A stretch of 64,000 bases of DNA. Origin: a virus (taxonomy: Duplodnaviria > Caudoviricetes). Both the position numbers and the translations under genes were made by a program. Location of the stretch: the IMG/VR virus record IMGVR_UViG_3300020419_001132. One strand, 5' to 3'. Positions 1 to 12,000 of the stretch are shown one piece after another (within the stretch, counting starts at the first letter, position 1; each line of letters opens with the position of its first letter). Below the pieces are notes generated by a model. That model saw only the letters and a program-made list of their open reading frames with translations. It was not told the DNA's origin and did no database searches.

Positions 1-1236
1 ATTGGTTTTCATTTCTGATTTCCAACGTCCACTGTCCCCTTGTGAGCCCATGTGACTCAGCCAAGAAATTCCTGTTTCTGCTGTATAAGAAGTTGCAGAA
101 CCACCTCTGAAGTGATAATACCATGGAGGAGATGTTGGAGATTTATTAGCTCTGTATCCCCAACTGTTTGAACTAAGTGTAGGGTTTTTATTTCCGTACT
201 CTGGATTAATTGGCTTCATTACATGGAAAAGTTTTTGCACATCAAAGCCTGATTCAATACCTGAACCATCTGCACCATATAAATTTAATACCCACTTGTT
301 TGCATTGTATGCCCATCCTTGTGTTCTACCAAAAGTTAATGCACAACAAGGAGTAGAGTGTCTGCATACTGTGCCTCCGGGAACACTTGTATTATCACCA
401 TTACAGTTGCTTCTTGTATAATCTACTGTCAAAGAACCTACTGTGCCATATGATTGGAATTTTGTACTTCTATTACTTGCATTTGTCCACCATCCTCTAG
501 CAAAACTTTCTACAGGAACAGTTGTACCGTCAAATCTAGTAGTAAGTCTAGATGCTGAATCCGCATTAAAGTAATCTGGATCTATATAATAAGGAGCATC
601 TAATACTATATCTAATAGATCGCATGTACCATTACCGGGTAATAAATTACCACCTACGTAATCAGCAGGTGCAGGAGCGCCTGTGCAGTTGTTTTGGAAC
701 TCTGGATGTCCTATCCAACCTCCACCATCATCTGCAACAATTACATCTACATCCTTTCCTGTACCAAGTTGTTGTATTTCTACATCAGCAACAAAATTAT
801 CTGCATAACCATTAGCCACCCAAGGGTCTAATTTTTGCATACATCTCCATATTTGATAACCAGTTCTATTTACATGCGAAACATTTAATGTATTAGATAC
901 TTCAAATTCTCTATAAACTTTGACAGATCCTGAATATCTATTAAGGAGTTCAGGGCGAGTGGCATATATCTCATCTGGAGGGGGAGCATACGTTTCCGGA
1001 TACTTCATGTAATCAATGTTGATAAATTTTACTCTGGGATCTACTTTTAAGGCTGTTGCTTCATCGTCTGTAAGCAAATATGATCCTCTTGTAGGACTAT
1101 GTAACTTTTCATCTTCAACTGTAACTTGTCTACTAGGTACAGAGTCATAGGTATTGCCATCTGCTATTAATTCTGCATGTAATTCAATCCATTGCTCTGA
1201 AGTGTGTGTTCCTAGCTGGTAGTACTTTTCACTCAT
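1..1236 (-). CDS. Subtilisin-like (S8) serine peptidase, truncated at the left window edge
   Basis: Not in ORF track (no stop in window). Manual translation from ATG 1236 (SD AGGGGAAG): MSEKYYQLG..., open for 412 codons; catalytic-Asp motif DVDVIVADDG and His motif RHSTPCCA. Confidence 0.7.
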   Translation of the reverse strand, partial: MSEKYYQLGTHTSEQWIELHAELIADGNTYDSVPSRQVTVEDEKLHSPTRGSYLLTDDEATALKVDPRVKFINIDYMKYPETYAPPPDEIYATRPELLNRYSGSVKVYREFEVSNTLNVSHVNRTGYQIWRCMQKLDPWVANGYADNFVADVEIQQLGTGKDVDVIVADDGGGWIGHPEFQNNCTGAPAPADYVGGNLLPGNGTCDLLDIVLDAPYYIDPDYFNADSASRLTTRFDGTTVPVESFARGWWTNASNRSTKFQSYGTVGSLTVDYTRSNCNGDNTSVPGGTVCRHSTPCCALTFGRTQGWAYNANKWVLNLYGADGSGIESGFDVQKLFHVMKPINPEYGNKNPTLSSNSWGYRANKSPTSPPWYYHFRGGSATSYTAETGISWLSHMGSQGDSGRWKSEMKTN

Positions 1237-1245
1237 AACTTCCCC

Positions 1246-2502
1246 TTAAATCAAATTGGCCCATGAACCGTTTTCATATCCTTGAAACTTGTTATCAGTT
1301 GTGTTGTAAATTATGTCTCCATTAGAGGGTGTAAGAGCATTCCGTTGTGTCGTTGTAACATTCAGCATTTGGAATGGACCAGTTGTTGCTTTTATTCTTG
1401 TGCCAGCGTTTAATTCTATTTCGTTGTCTGAAAAAATTTCAGGAGTTCCTGATCCTGTAGTGTTAAGCGATCCAGCAACATTTAAATTATTGTTGACTAC
1501 AAGATCATTTTCAACAGTCAAATCACTACTCATTGTTATAGCTGGAGTTACTACTATGCCACTACTATCACTAGAATCTATTGTTGTTCCTGTGAATGTA
1601 ATAGATCCAAGTGATGGAACAGATGGAATTTCAGAAAAATTTGCAAGTTTATTCCAACTACCACCGTGAGCAAAATACATTGCCCCGTCTGCATGGCTGT
1701 GTCCTATTGCGCCATGGTATGTAGTAGCACTTGGAAATGCGGCTTGATTAGCATAATAAAAAGGAATAACAGCTGATGTTGTAGTAGTTGCACCTCTTGC
1801 TAATACAGTTGATAATGTGTCTGATTCACTTGTAAGATAACTGCTTAAATCTGGTGGTGTAAAAGTAAACACACCTGTTGAATTATCGTATGCTATTGAT
1901 CCTGAACCACTTGCACTTGCTGGTGATCCTACACTTAGGCTATCCAATGCAATACCAGTTCCACTGGTAATTGTAATAGTTTTGGTTGCACCATTGCCAG
2001 TAGCAGTAACACCTGCTCCTACAAAATTTAAAATTGTGCCGGACGATGTTAAATTTGAACCTTCGTCTTGTATGGTAATTCCAGCGCCGCCGCCTCCACC
2101 GCCACCTGTTTGATCGCCTGGTTCATATCTACCTAAACTTGCATTATAAATTAACACTTGATTGTTTGTTGGTGCAGTAGATCCTACATTATCTAAACTT
2201 TCTATTGTTGTTTTTAAAGTAGGCTTATTGGTAAGGTCAACGTAGCTTCCACTAAACAATGATGGCTTATTAGATAAGCTATTGTAATCACCTGTAAATG
2301 CTGTGCTATGAAATGATTGTCCTCCTATAGTTGCACTAGAACTATCTATAACTAGACTATTTGCACTTAACGCTCCAGACGCTGTAATATTCACTGCATT
2401 AACAACATTATTTCCAGTAAGGTTTAAATCATCTCCTGAAGGTAATTCCTTTATTTTATTGTTATCTGCTGTATCTATTATTAGAGGATATCTTGTCGCC
2501 AT
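1246..2502 (-). CDS. Tail fibre-like virion protein
   Basis: 418 aa, Thr/Gly/Ser-rich; F(T/S)GxYxxLxNKP repeats, poly-Gly linker, C-terminal TTTQRNAL...IIYNTTDNKFQGY motif typical of phage fibres. Confidence 0.7.
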   Translation of the reverse strand: MATRYPLIIDTADNNKIKELPSGDDLNLTGNNVVNAVNITASGALSANSLVIDSSSATIGGQSFHSTAFTGDYNSLSNKPSLFSGSYVDLTNKPTLKTTIESLDNVGSTAPTNNQVLIYNASLGRYEPGDQTGGGGGGGAGITIQDEGSNLTSSGTILNFVGAGVTATGNGATKTITITSGTGIALDSLSVGSPASASGSGSIAYDNSTGVFTFTPPDLSSYLTSESDTLSTVLARGATTTTSAVIPFYYANQAAFPSATTYHGAIGHSHADGAMYFAHGGSWNKLANFSEIPSVPSLGSITFTGTTIDSSDSSGIVVTPAITMSSDLTVENDLVVNNNLNVAGSLNTTGSGTPEIFSDNEIELNAGTRIKATTGPFQMLNVTTTQRNALTPSNGDIIYNTTDNKFQGYENGSWANLI

Positions 2503-2524
2503 TTTGTTTTCCTATTTACTATAT

Positions 2525-3067
2525 TTAGTGTAGATCTGCCCAACCTGCTGTACTGTCATTGTTTGCGTCTGCGGCATAACCTTGAAATTTTCCTGTAGTT
2601 TTATTATATACTAGTAATCCTTCGGCTACTGTAAGTGCGTCTATTTGTGCTTGTGTCAACATAGGTGGTTTAAAACTGCTTGGTTCAGTTGGTCCTACTA
2701 TTTTACCTGCAACACCATCTACTAGTAATGTACTATCATCTGCAAACAAACTTCCTGTGACATCTGCATCTACTTTAATACTAGCACCGTTAACAAGTAA
2801 GTTTCCTGAACTATCTGCTTGAAGTCTAGCATTACCTAAATATATAAAATCTCTTACATATAAATCAGACCATTTTTTAGTTGATGAACCTAGTGCAAAG
2901 CCGCCGTCTGTGGTTGGCACCATGTTAGAACCTATGCTATCTAAATCTAAAGTAGTAGAAGCATACAGTTCATTAAAGTTATCATTAATTTTATCAAATG
3001 CTGTTCTTAAAGGATCGCCATCTCCTTTGTTTGCACTAGTACCAATGTTTATAAGTTGCTTAGCCAT
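2525..3067 (-). CDS. Baseplate/fibre protein with T4 gp9/gp10-like N-terminus
   Basis: MAKQLINIG...GDGDPLRTAFDKINDNFNELY matches the gp9/gp10 N-terminal motif. Confidence 0.75.
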   Translation of the reverse strand: MAKQLINIGTSANKGDGDPLRTAFDKINDNFNELYASTTLDLDSIGSNMVPTTDGGFALGSSTKKWSDLYVRDFIYLGNARLQADSSGNLLVNGASIKVDADVTGSLFADDSTLLVDGVAGKIVGPTEPSSFKPPMLTQAQIDALTVAEGLLVYNKTTGKFQGYAADANNDSTAGWADLH

Positions 3068-6000
3068 TACACTCTCCCTACTAGAACTTCAACAACGCCA
3101 TATCCGTCGTCATCTTTTGTACCAATTGCTTTACCTATAACTGTACCTACCACTGGGTTATTATCTACTATCCCGTGACCTTCTATTGCACTAGTAACAA
3201 TTATATCACCTTTCTGTACTTTACCTAGTACCTTACAAGGTACTCTACCTTGAAGTGCTACAGCAACAACATGATCACCTTGTAAGTCGCTGTTCATTAA
3301 GTGTGCAGGATGTTCTGAAACAACACCTACTACCTTTCTATCGCCTTTGTAAATAGTTGTTGTTACTTCTTGTTCACCACCTAGTACTAATACTGTACCA
3401 CACTCGTACTCGTTGTCTGCCAAGTAATTCTCTGCCAAGTCAGCATATTGTGCTGAAGTTGCTGTTCCACTAAACGTACTTGCATAAACAGTATTCCATT
3501 TTAAACTTCCGCCACCTAAGCTTCTTGTATTATTACCATCAGGTACTAAGTTACCTGTTATTTCAGTAGCAGTAGAATTTGTCTTTAATCTTACTGATCC
3601 TCCTGTGACAAATAGTATTGTATCAGCGGCTGAGTCTGCAAATCCTGTTCCTGCACCTATTGATATACCTGTACCACTAGCATCCTTTTCTCCTGGAGCT
3701 TCTATGAATGAACTATATATCCAATCAACACCTAAGAAGCTGTTACTTCCAAAACTAGATGCTGTTTGGAAATTACTTTCTGCACCAGTAAATCCTGTTT
3801 CTCCGATGTCTAAGTTACCAGGCATACTTACTGTGATGCTAGAAGTTCCTGATGCTTCTAATATTGTAGCTTGTCCTGGAGTCTTAACCTGTAGTGTTGT
3901 ACTGCTTAATCCTAAAACTTCATAAGTAGCATCTCCGCCTAAAATTAATGCTTCTGCTTGTATAGCGCCAGCTTTTATACCTGTACCTGCAGTTTTTCTT
4001 AAAACTACTGTGTCACCTGTTGAGGCATCACTTAGTGATTTTGCACTATAAGTTGAAGCCGCTGTTCTAAGTAAAACATCTGTTCCACTTGAGTAAGCTG
4101 GGAATTCACTATCTCTTATTGCTCCACCTTCATCTAATACAGTATCAAATGTTATTGCACTTACAGCACCATCACCTGCTACACTTCTACCCAAAACTCT
4201 ATCTGTGCCAATGTGTGTTATCTTACCAGGATCAATACCATCTGTTGTACCTGTTGCTGTTTGTAATTCTATAAAACCATTTGTAGCATCAAACTCATCT
4301 GCTTTAAATGCCGCTAGTCCTAAATCTGATTGCGAAATTCCACTTGCACTTGCAATAGTTCCTGCCGCAGTCATGTTTAGTTTGCTTTGAGCAATCGCCG
4401 CTCCTGCATTTATATCTGCGTTTTCAATACTACCAGTTTCGTAATTTAATGAATACTCATTTACTGTAGCTGTTTTATTAACTACTAGGGCAACATCACT
4501 TCCTGTTGCTTTTGATACGTGTGTATATTCGTTGTATCCAACACCATTACTACTAAAGATTACATGCTGTGAAACTCCGTTGGTTAATGTTTGTCCATTT
4601 GAAAAAGTACCACTTGTAGCACTATAAATAATCTTTCTTACACTTCCTAATTGAGAATCTGTATAAGAACTTATTGTAACAATAGTTCCAGTATCACTGC
4701 CACCTGAAAGAGTATTGTTAATTACATCTCCTGCTACAAATCCGCTACCTACAGTAGGTGGTCCTGTATATAATATCTTGTTACCTGTTGCAACAAGCAT
4801 TTCGTTTGCGCCTGGAGAAGTTGTATCAAAGTCTCTTTGGTTATCTATTCTATTATAAGATTCTGTATTGTCATCGACATAGTTCTTATTTGTAGCATCT
4901 GTGCCACTTGCAGGATTTGATACGTTTTGAACAAGGTTTGACCCCATGTCCAAGTTACCTTCCATATCACTTAGTCCATTAAGCGGTAAAAAGCCTGGTC
5001 CTATTCTATTTGAACTTCCTGGAATTTGTGCACCTGATTTAATATTAAATCCTAATGCTCTATTAATATAGTTTCCTATTGCTTTTTCGGTAGGTACTGC
5101 TTGACCTGAATCGTCTGCAAACGAATCGTCTGCTGAGAATTCGTTAATTGTAACACCTTTCTTAAATCCAAGTGCATTAGCATTTGAAAGTCCTATTTCA
5201 CCTGCAAAAGTAATATCACCAGTTGCTTGGTCTACACTAAAGAATTTACCTACACGGAAGAATCCGTTTTGATCTGTACTTACAAAGAAAACCCTACCTT
5301 TTCGTCTTTCCCAAACTTGAGATGATGTTGCAGTATTTGCATCAGTATAAAATTCAGCCAATGTGTTAACCGGGTCACCTAAGATAACATTTGGATAGTT
5401 TGAATCGTTAAATCCTCCTGTACCTATTTGTGTAAAGTCGTGTCCTGTGGCTCTAAGTAGGGATATAGAAACTGTAATCTCTCCAGTTGCACCTTGTGCC
5501 GCACCTGCTGTCAACGTTCTTGTAGAAGCCGGAACAACTTCGTGTACTCCGCCACCACTGTAACCAGCTGTATCAATATTGCTTCCTGCTACCTCACCTA
5601 TGTCAATAAATGCCCACACATTGTCTGTAATAGCTTGTGTTGGTACACTATTTGCTCCTAATGCACCACTTCCACTTGCAGTAATTGTATTTGTAGTATC
5701 AAACGTTCCAACTACATCGTAAAGGTAATGTGTTGTGCCAGTGGCACTTTTTGCAACCTTTGCTGTAGCACCTGATGTAGCCTGTGTTAATGTTTCGTCT
5801 TTGACTATACTTACACTTCCAGTTGTTTTTAATTCTGCTACTGTATTATAATCTAGTACTCTATGTGTTTTAGCTTTCCAAAGGAATCGCATTCCACCTG
5901 CATACCCTGCATCTCCTGGTACCCTTGCTGGTTGTACTGAAGAGTCTTTTACAATTCTAGCAGTATCTGAGAATGTATCAGTACCGCTATTAATAGTGAT

Positions 6001-9000
6001 TGTTGTTGGAATACTAGAGGCTCCTAATCCACCACTTGTACTACCTTGTAAGATTCCTGTTTTATTGTATGTACCAGTAACTCCAGATAACACAATTAAA
6101 TCGCTAGTTGAAACTGTGTTTACAACAGTACCAGATCCAGTAGATCCAGTTTGTGTAAGCGTTTCTCCTGCAGTAAGTGATATGTTTCCTGTTGTTTTAA
6201 TGATCACGGTACCTGCTGTACCTGCAATGAGTGGACTTATTGCAATTCGTGTATCACCTTGTGTAGAACCATAACCACCTGTCAGGTGTGAAGTTGCAAC
6301 TTCCATTTGTACAAAATCATATCCTGCTTCAAATGTACTTAAAATTTTGTTAGAACCTAATGGTTGACTAAAAGCATCAGTATTTTGGAATGAAATACTT
6401 CTATATGTTGCACCATCACTTTCATCAAAGTTAATAGCTGTACTTGGTCTTGTAACCAGTTCTGCTGGACTATTTACATTATCAAATTGATGTTGGAATC
6501 TATCTCTATATTCTATGACTGTGTTATTACTTACTATTGCTTGTAGTGTACCATAAAAGTTATCAGCTTCTACATCGTCTGCTTTAAGATCTAATTTATA
6601 AATTAAGTTGTTGTGTGTTGCTGTATTTGTTGAACCAACTATAGATGCAATCTGTAACGTAATGTCATTTGTTGGAGAAGCATTTGTACCACCAAACGCT
6701 GTGCCTAATACTTTTATTTGATCACCTACAGCATAACCTTGACCTTTTGTTGTGACTGTATATGTTGCTGAAGGAGTGCCTGGCAATCCGCCAGTAACTG
6801 AAATATCTAATTTCATTCCAGATCCACTACCTGTAAGAGTAGTTGTTGCCGCTCCTGTAATTGTGTATGGAGCACTTGGATCAGCAGTTAATGTTCCTGA
6901 AGCTGAACCTACGGTCAATGCACCACTAATTATTAAATCACTACCTTCGCCAAGTATTCCATCACCGTCTGCGTCACTTAGGTTTGTTACACTTGCCACA
7001 ACGTAATCTAGTGTTCCTGTAGCGCCTCCATGATCAATAGTTATTAAACTTTGGGCAGTAGGAGGTCTTTTAAAATCATAAACTGTAATGCTTGGATCAT
7101 CAAGTGCGTTTTGATATGTACCATCTACGTATGCTTTGATAGGCATAACCATATCGTGTGTCAAAGTAACCTGATCTGGAATCTCGTTCGGATCAGCACC
7201 TTCTGCTATTAAGCCGAATTTACCGTATCCATTTGAACCGTTTAGTGATCTAATTTCAGAACCGTTATTTGCATAGTATGCCGCATGACAGTAGTACGTG
7301 AACATACTAACCATTTCAGATAAAGCACCGTTGTTAGTAACAAGTCCGTATCCTAAGTCGTTAACTTGTGTAAAGTCGTTACCCAATATACTTCTGTTAC
7401 CAGCTGTTTGTAAGAATATATCTCTTGATACTGAACTGTCATCAAATTGTGTTTGATCGTACCCTGTTCCGCTGTTAGAGTTTGCATCTAAATATAGTGT
7501 TGCTGTACCTTGTCCTTTATCGTAATCAGATATCGCGTTAACTTGGTAACGTCTACCTTCTACATAAAATGGACATGGTAATTGTGGAGGACGTAGTCTT
7601 AGTCCTTCTCCTACATCACTTTGGACAGTAATCTTAAAGTTGTTTACCTTAGTCAAAACAGTAGTAGGTAAGTTACCTACATATGCATCAACATACATAC
7701 CGCCTCTAAATGCTTGTTTGTTTAATGTTTGTGAAAAACTAGATGCAGTTTGTATGTAAGGTGATTTGACAAGTACTTGTCCTTCAGGGTCAAGAACACA
7801 CATAAATCCACCGTGTCCTCTACAGGTAACGTTTCTAATAATAGTTTGATCACCCATCATAAACACGTCTAGTTCATCATTACGTAAAGGTGGATTGTAT
7901 TCAACATTAAATACGTAACATATATTATCAATCAAGTTGCCAACTAATGTACCTGTGCCTGCTTCTGCGGCTCCTAAACTTATATCTGGAGTTTCTTTAG
8001 ATAATACAGAAGCCTGTCCAGCTGTATAAGTTCCACCATAATCAATAGCGTTGGAAGTTGCACTCTTAAATGTGTGAGTATACTGATTTCCTGTCGGAGA
8101 TGAACCAACGTTAATAGTAAATGTTGTTCCAGTTGTTGCTGTAATTGTTCTTTGTGTTTGGTATGCAGGATCCTGTGTAGTTACGGAACCTGCAGTTGCA
8201 CTAACAAATGTATGTGTATCTATGTTAGTTGACGGAGTTACAGCTAAGACATTTACTTGCACATCACTGTTTGTAACTGCGGTAATAGGCAACTCTGTTC
8301 CAAAAGCTGGATCAGCAGTACCTGAATTTACACCAGTACCTGTTGCTCTAGGATAAGTCTCTGTTCCTCCTGAACCGTAAGTACAACTAAATGTTAAACT
8401 ATTCGCCGCTATTCTAATTTTCTCATTTATCTTTAAAGAGTGAGCTTTTTTGACACAGTTGGTTGCCGCGGTTATAAATGTATGTGCATATTGCTGTCCT
8501 TCTGCAGAAGGACCTACGTTCACTTTAATTGTTGTTCCTCCTATAGCCATAATAGGAAGTGCTTTATTTGAAGCAGGGTCTGACGGTCTAGGATACGTAT
8601 GGTTGCCCGGTGCCAGTGTACAGGTAAATGTTATGCCATTGTCATCAATCATTACATAGTCGCCTACTGAAAATGTATGAGATCCTATATTAATCTCCAT
8701 ATCACCAGTTGTAGGTTCGTATGTTGCACCAGTTGGTGTAAACTCTTCAGGAGTAAATAATCTTAAATTTAATACGCCCGATGAAGGATTATATGTTGTT
8801 CCTGTTGTAGGTGTAAAACTTCTTATTTGTGGATAACTTCTTGTAACATTGAAGTCATCTGAGTTACATATGAAACTTAATCCGTTGTTATCAACTTTGA
8901 CTGTTTGGCCAACTTTAAGATTGTGTGATCCAATATTAACTTGTAAGTCGCCTGTGCTTGAATTATACTTTGTAGGCATTCTATATTTTGTAACACAGTC

Positions 9001-12000
9001 TGCTGTAGTTCCGCCTGAGTCAAAAGTATGCGGATATACATCAGCTAAATTAGAAGCACCAACATTAACTGTTATTGTATTTGTATCTGCGGCAGATACC
9101 CTTATAAATCTATTGTAAACTGGATCTGTTGTTCTTGGATATGTTTTAACAGCAGTATTACCGTCTTGTGTACAAGTAAATGCAATACCGTTTGTGGCGA
9201 TAGTAATTAAGTCATCAACAACCAAATTATGATTGTTCATTGTTAAAACCATATCTCCTGTGTTACCATTATAGGTAGCTCCAGTCGGTGTATCTGTTCC
9301 TATATTATCACCAGCTACTGGTGTAAATTGTGCTATACTATCTGTGTAAGTAGGTGCAACCCCACTTAGCAAACTGTTAGCAAGTAAACTAATATTTTGT
9401 ATAGCATCTTCTGTAGCTGTTTCCTGTGTTGAGTCGCCTAGTTGAGTAAGGAGTTCGGTATATCCAAGTTCATGATATGACCCTTGTGTTTCTAGAGCTC
9501 CTTCTTGTCCACCGTTGGTTAAATCCTTAATAAGGGCATCAACAATCATTCCTGTGTCTCTACGACACTTTGCTTCGCTGTATACTAGTAACGGAAATCT
9601 ATCAGCTATAAGTTGTATAGTTTCTTCAATGATATAATCTCTGTTAGCTTTCATAACAGCCGCGGCAGTTGTATAGTTTCCAACATTAGTTATTGCACTA
9701 CCAACATTAATTGGTTTTTCAGGTCGGTACAGATAATGGAAACCGAATTTACCTTGTTCTGTTCCTTCCTGATTTAGGAAAGGAGTACCACCTTTTGCTA
9801 CTTGTAATCCGTCAAATTCGTTATCTCTGTAAAAGTAAGTCTGTGCCCATTTACTTTGTGACACTCTTGCTTGTCTTGAATCCTTTTCTGTCTTAGGTTT
9901 TATAATTACTCTTCTAAACTCATCACCTTTTAATGAAACATTATTGCTAAGTTTGATAGGATAATCTTCTTCATAAATACCTGTTTCTACCCTAATTGTA
10001 ACTTGCTTATCTTTTACAAAGTTTCCAAATTCTATATCTTCCTCAGCTTCAAAATCCTTAGGGGACAACAGATGTACTTCAATCATGGTTGGATTAGGTT
10101 CTGCCAATCCTGTTACTGGATCTATTCCAGACTCAGCACTGACATCATTTGTGAAACTAACAATCTGTCCCAGAGCTTCAGAACGTCTACCCCTAACTAC
10201 CTTACCTGGTAACAAGTCTGTATTGTTAGGATTAGTTTGATCAACATACGATGAAGAGCCGTTTGTTAAAATAATTTTGTATGTGCTTCCATAAACAATG
10301 TCTGCTCCTGCATCAATTCCATTGTTTATAATAGTTTTAATTAATTCCCATTTATCTGAAATAGCTGTAACTGCACTAGTATCAGCATCAGTTGCTTTTG
10401 TTAGTGTACCGCCTGAAGTATATGTAGCAAAACCTGTACCATCTACGGCGTTTGAAGTAACAAAACCACCTGAAGTCCAAGCACCATAAGCTGTACCGTC
10501 TACTGAACTTGTTAATCCTACATCGGTATAAAGATCAAACTGTGTTGAGTTGGCTACACTTACATAAAACTTAGTTTGATTTAACTGAGTCATTCCATTA
10601 ACTTCAGTTATTGCTATTGCATTTCCATTTGATAAACTGTGTGCCTCTAATGTAGTAATTCTTACAGGATTTGCCTGTGTTGCACCTGAAATTGTTTTTT
10701 GATTAAATGCAGTACTATATAGATCTAATGTACTTGCATCTACCCTTCTTGCTGTATAGCTATTCCCGTTTAAATTAGTCATTCCTCCTACACTATTAAT
10801 TGTAATAGTATCGTTGGATTCAACAAAATGTGAAGCTGATGTTGTAATTCTTACAGGATAAGTTTTAGTAGCAGTAGCAAGATTAACTAGGCCATCGTCA
10901 AAATATTGTGCTTCATCTACTTGATATATCAAACCTGCAATACCACCTGATGTAAATCCTGTGAATGCACTTGTATCGTATGGTAGTGTTAAAGCCGCAT
11001 CATTATATAATTCAAATGTATCATCTGATATCTTCTTTATATATTTTTTCTGTCCTTCTATTTCTGTCATGCCGCCAACATTTTTTAGAAGTACAATATT
11101 TTTATCCGCCCAACCGTGATTAGCTGATGTAGTTACCCTTCCTGGATTAGCTCTAGTAATAGCACTAATGTTCTGCTGTTGTAATAGGTTATTTTGTAGA
11201 GTTGCTAAGTGTAATTCTTTTGCAAAATTTATAGAGGCTAGTGTTTGTGTTAACTGACTTGTAATTGCAATTCTACCACTTACTGATGAATAATATCTTT
11301 CAGCCGCCTGTCTCACTAGATAGTTGGTGTTTAATCCTCTGTTGATATCAAGTGCAATGGAGTCTGCAATTAATCCAACATCTCTTTCGCAGAGAGCAAT
11401 GTCATATGCAAAATCAGGATATGTGTATTTTAAAAATGCCTGTACTTCTGCAATAATATATCTTCTATTTTTTTCTGTTAAATTTCTAGCTTGTAAGAAT
11501 ACAGGGCTTACAACATCTGCTCTAATAACTCTAGCTTCAGCTGTTCCTTGAGTATGTGTTATTTTCTGCATATAACTGCCCGGAGAAACCGGAGCAGATC
11601 TCATTAATATGTCAGCTCTCTGTGCCGCGGCATTTATTGTTTTAAATGCATAAGTGAAGGAAGTTCCTTCTTTACCTGCTGGAACACCAGCCATTGAGTC
11701 GTCACCACCCGAGCTAACATGCAATACTTCTGGAGAACTATAAGATGTGTTATCTACATAAAATTTAGTTGCCGCCTGCATATCTTCTATGCCGGCAGGC
11801 TGTCCTTGTCCAGCTAATTCACCTGGATGGTCATGTAGATAAAGTGCGCCAGTCATTGTATCGCCTTGACGTCTTGTTACACTCTTTCTTGGTAAACCGA
11901 CGCTATCTAAAAAGTTTCCTGATAGAGTATTATCTAGGTCTGCATCTGTAATTGTATGTGTATCGTCTGCCGCAATAGTTCCGGAGACGTTTATCTTAAA

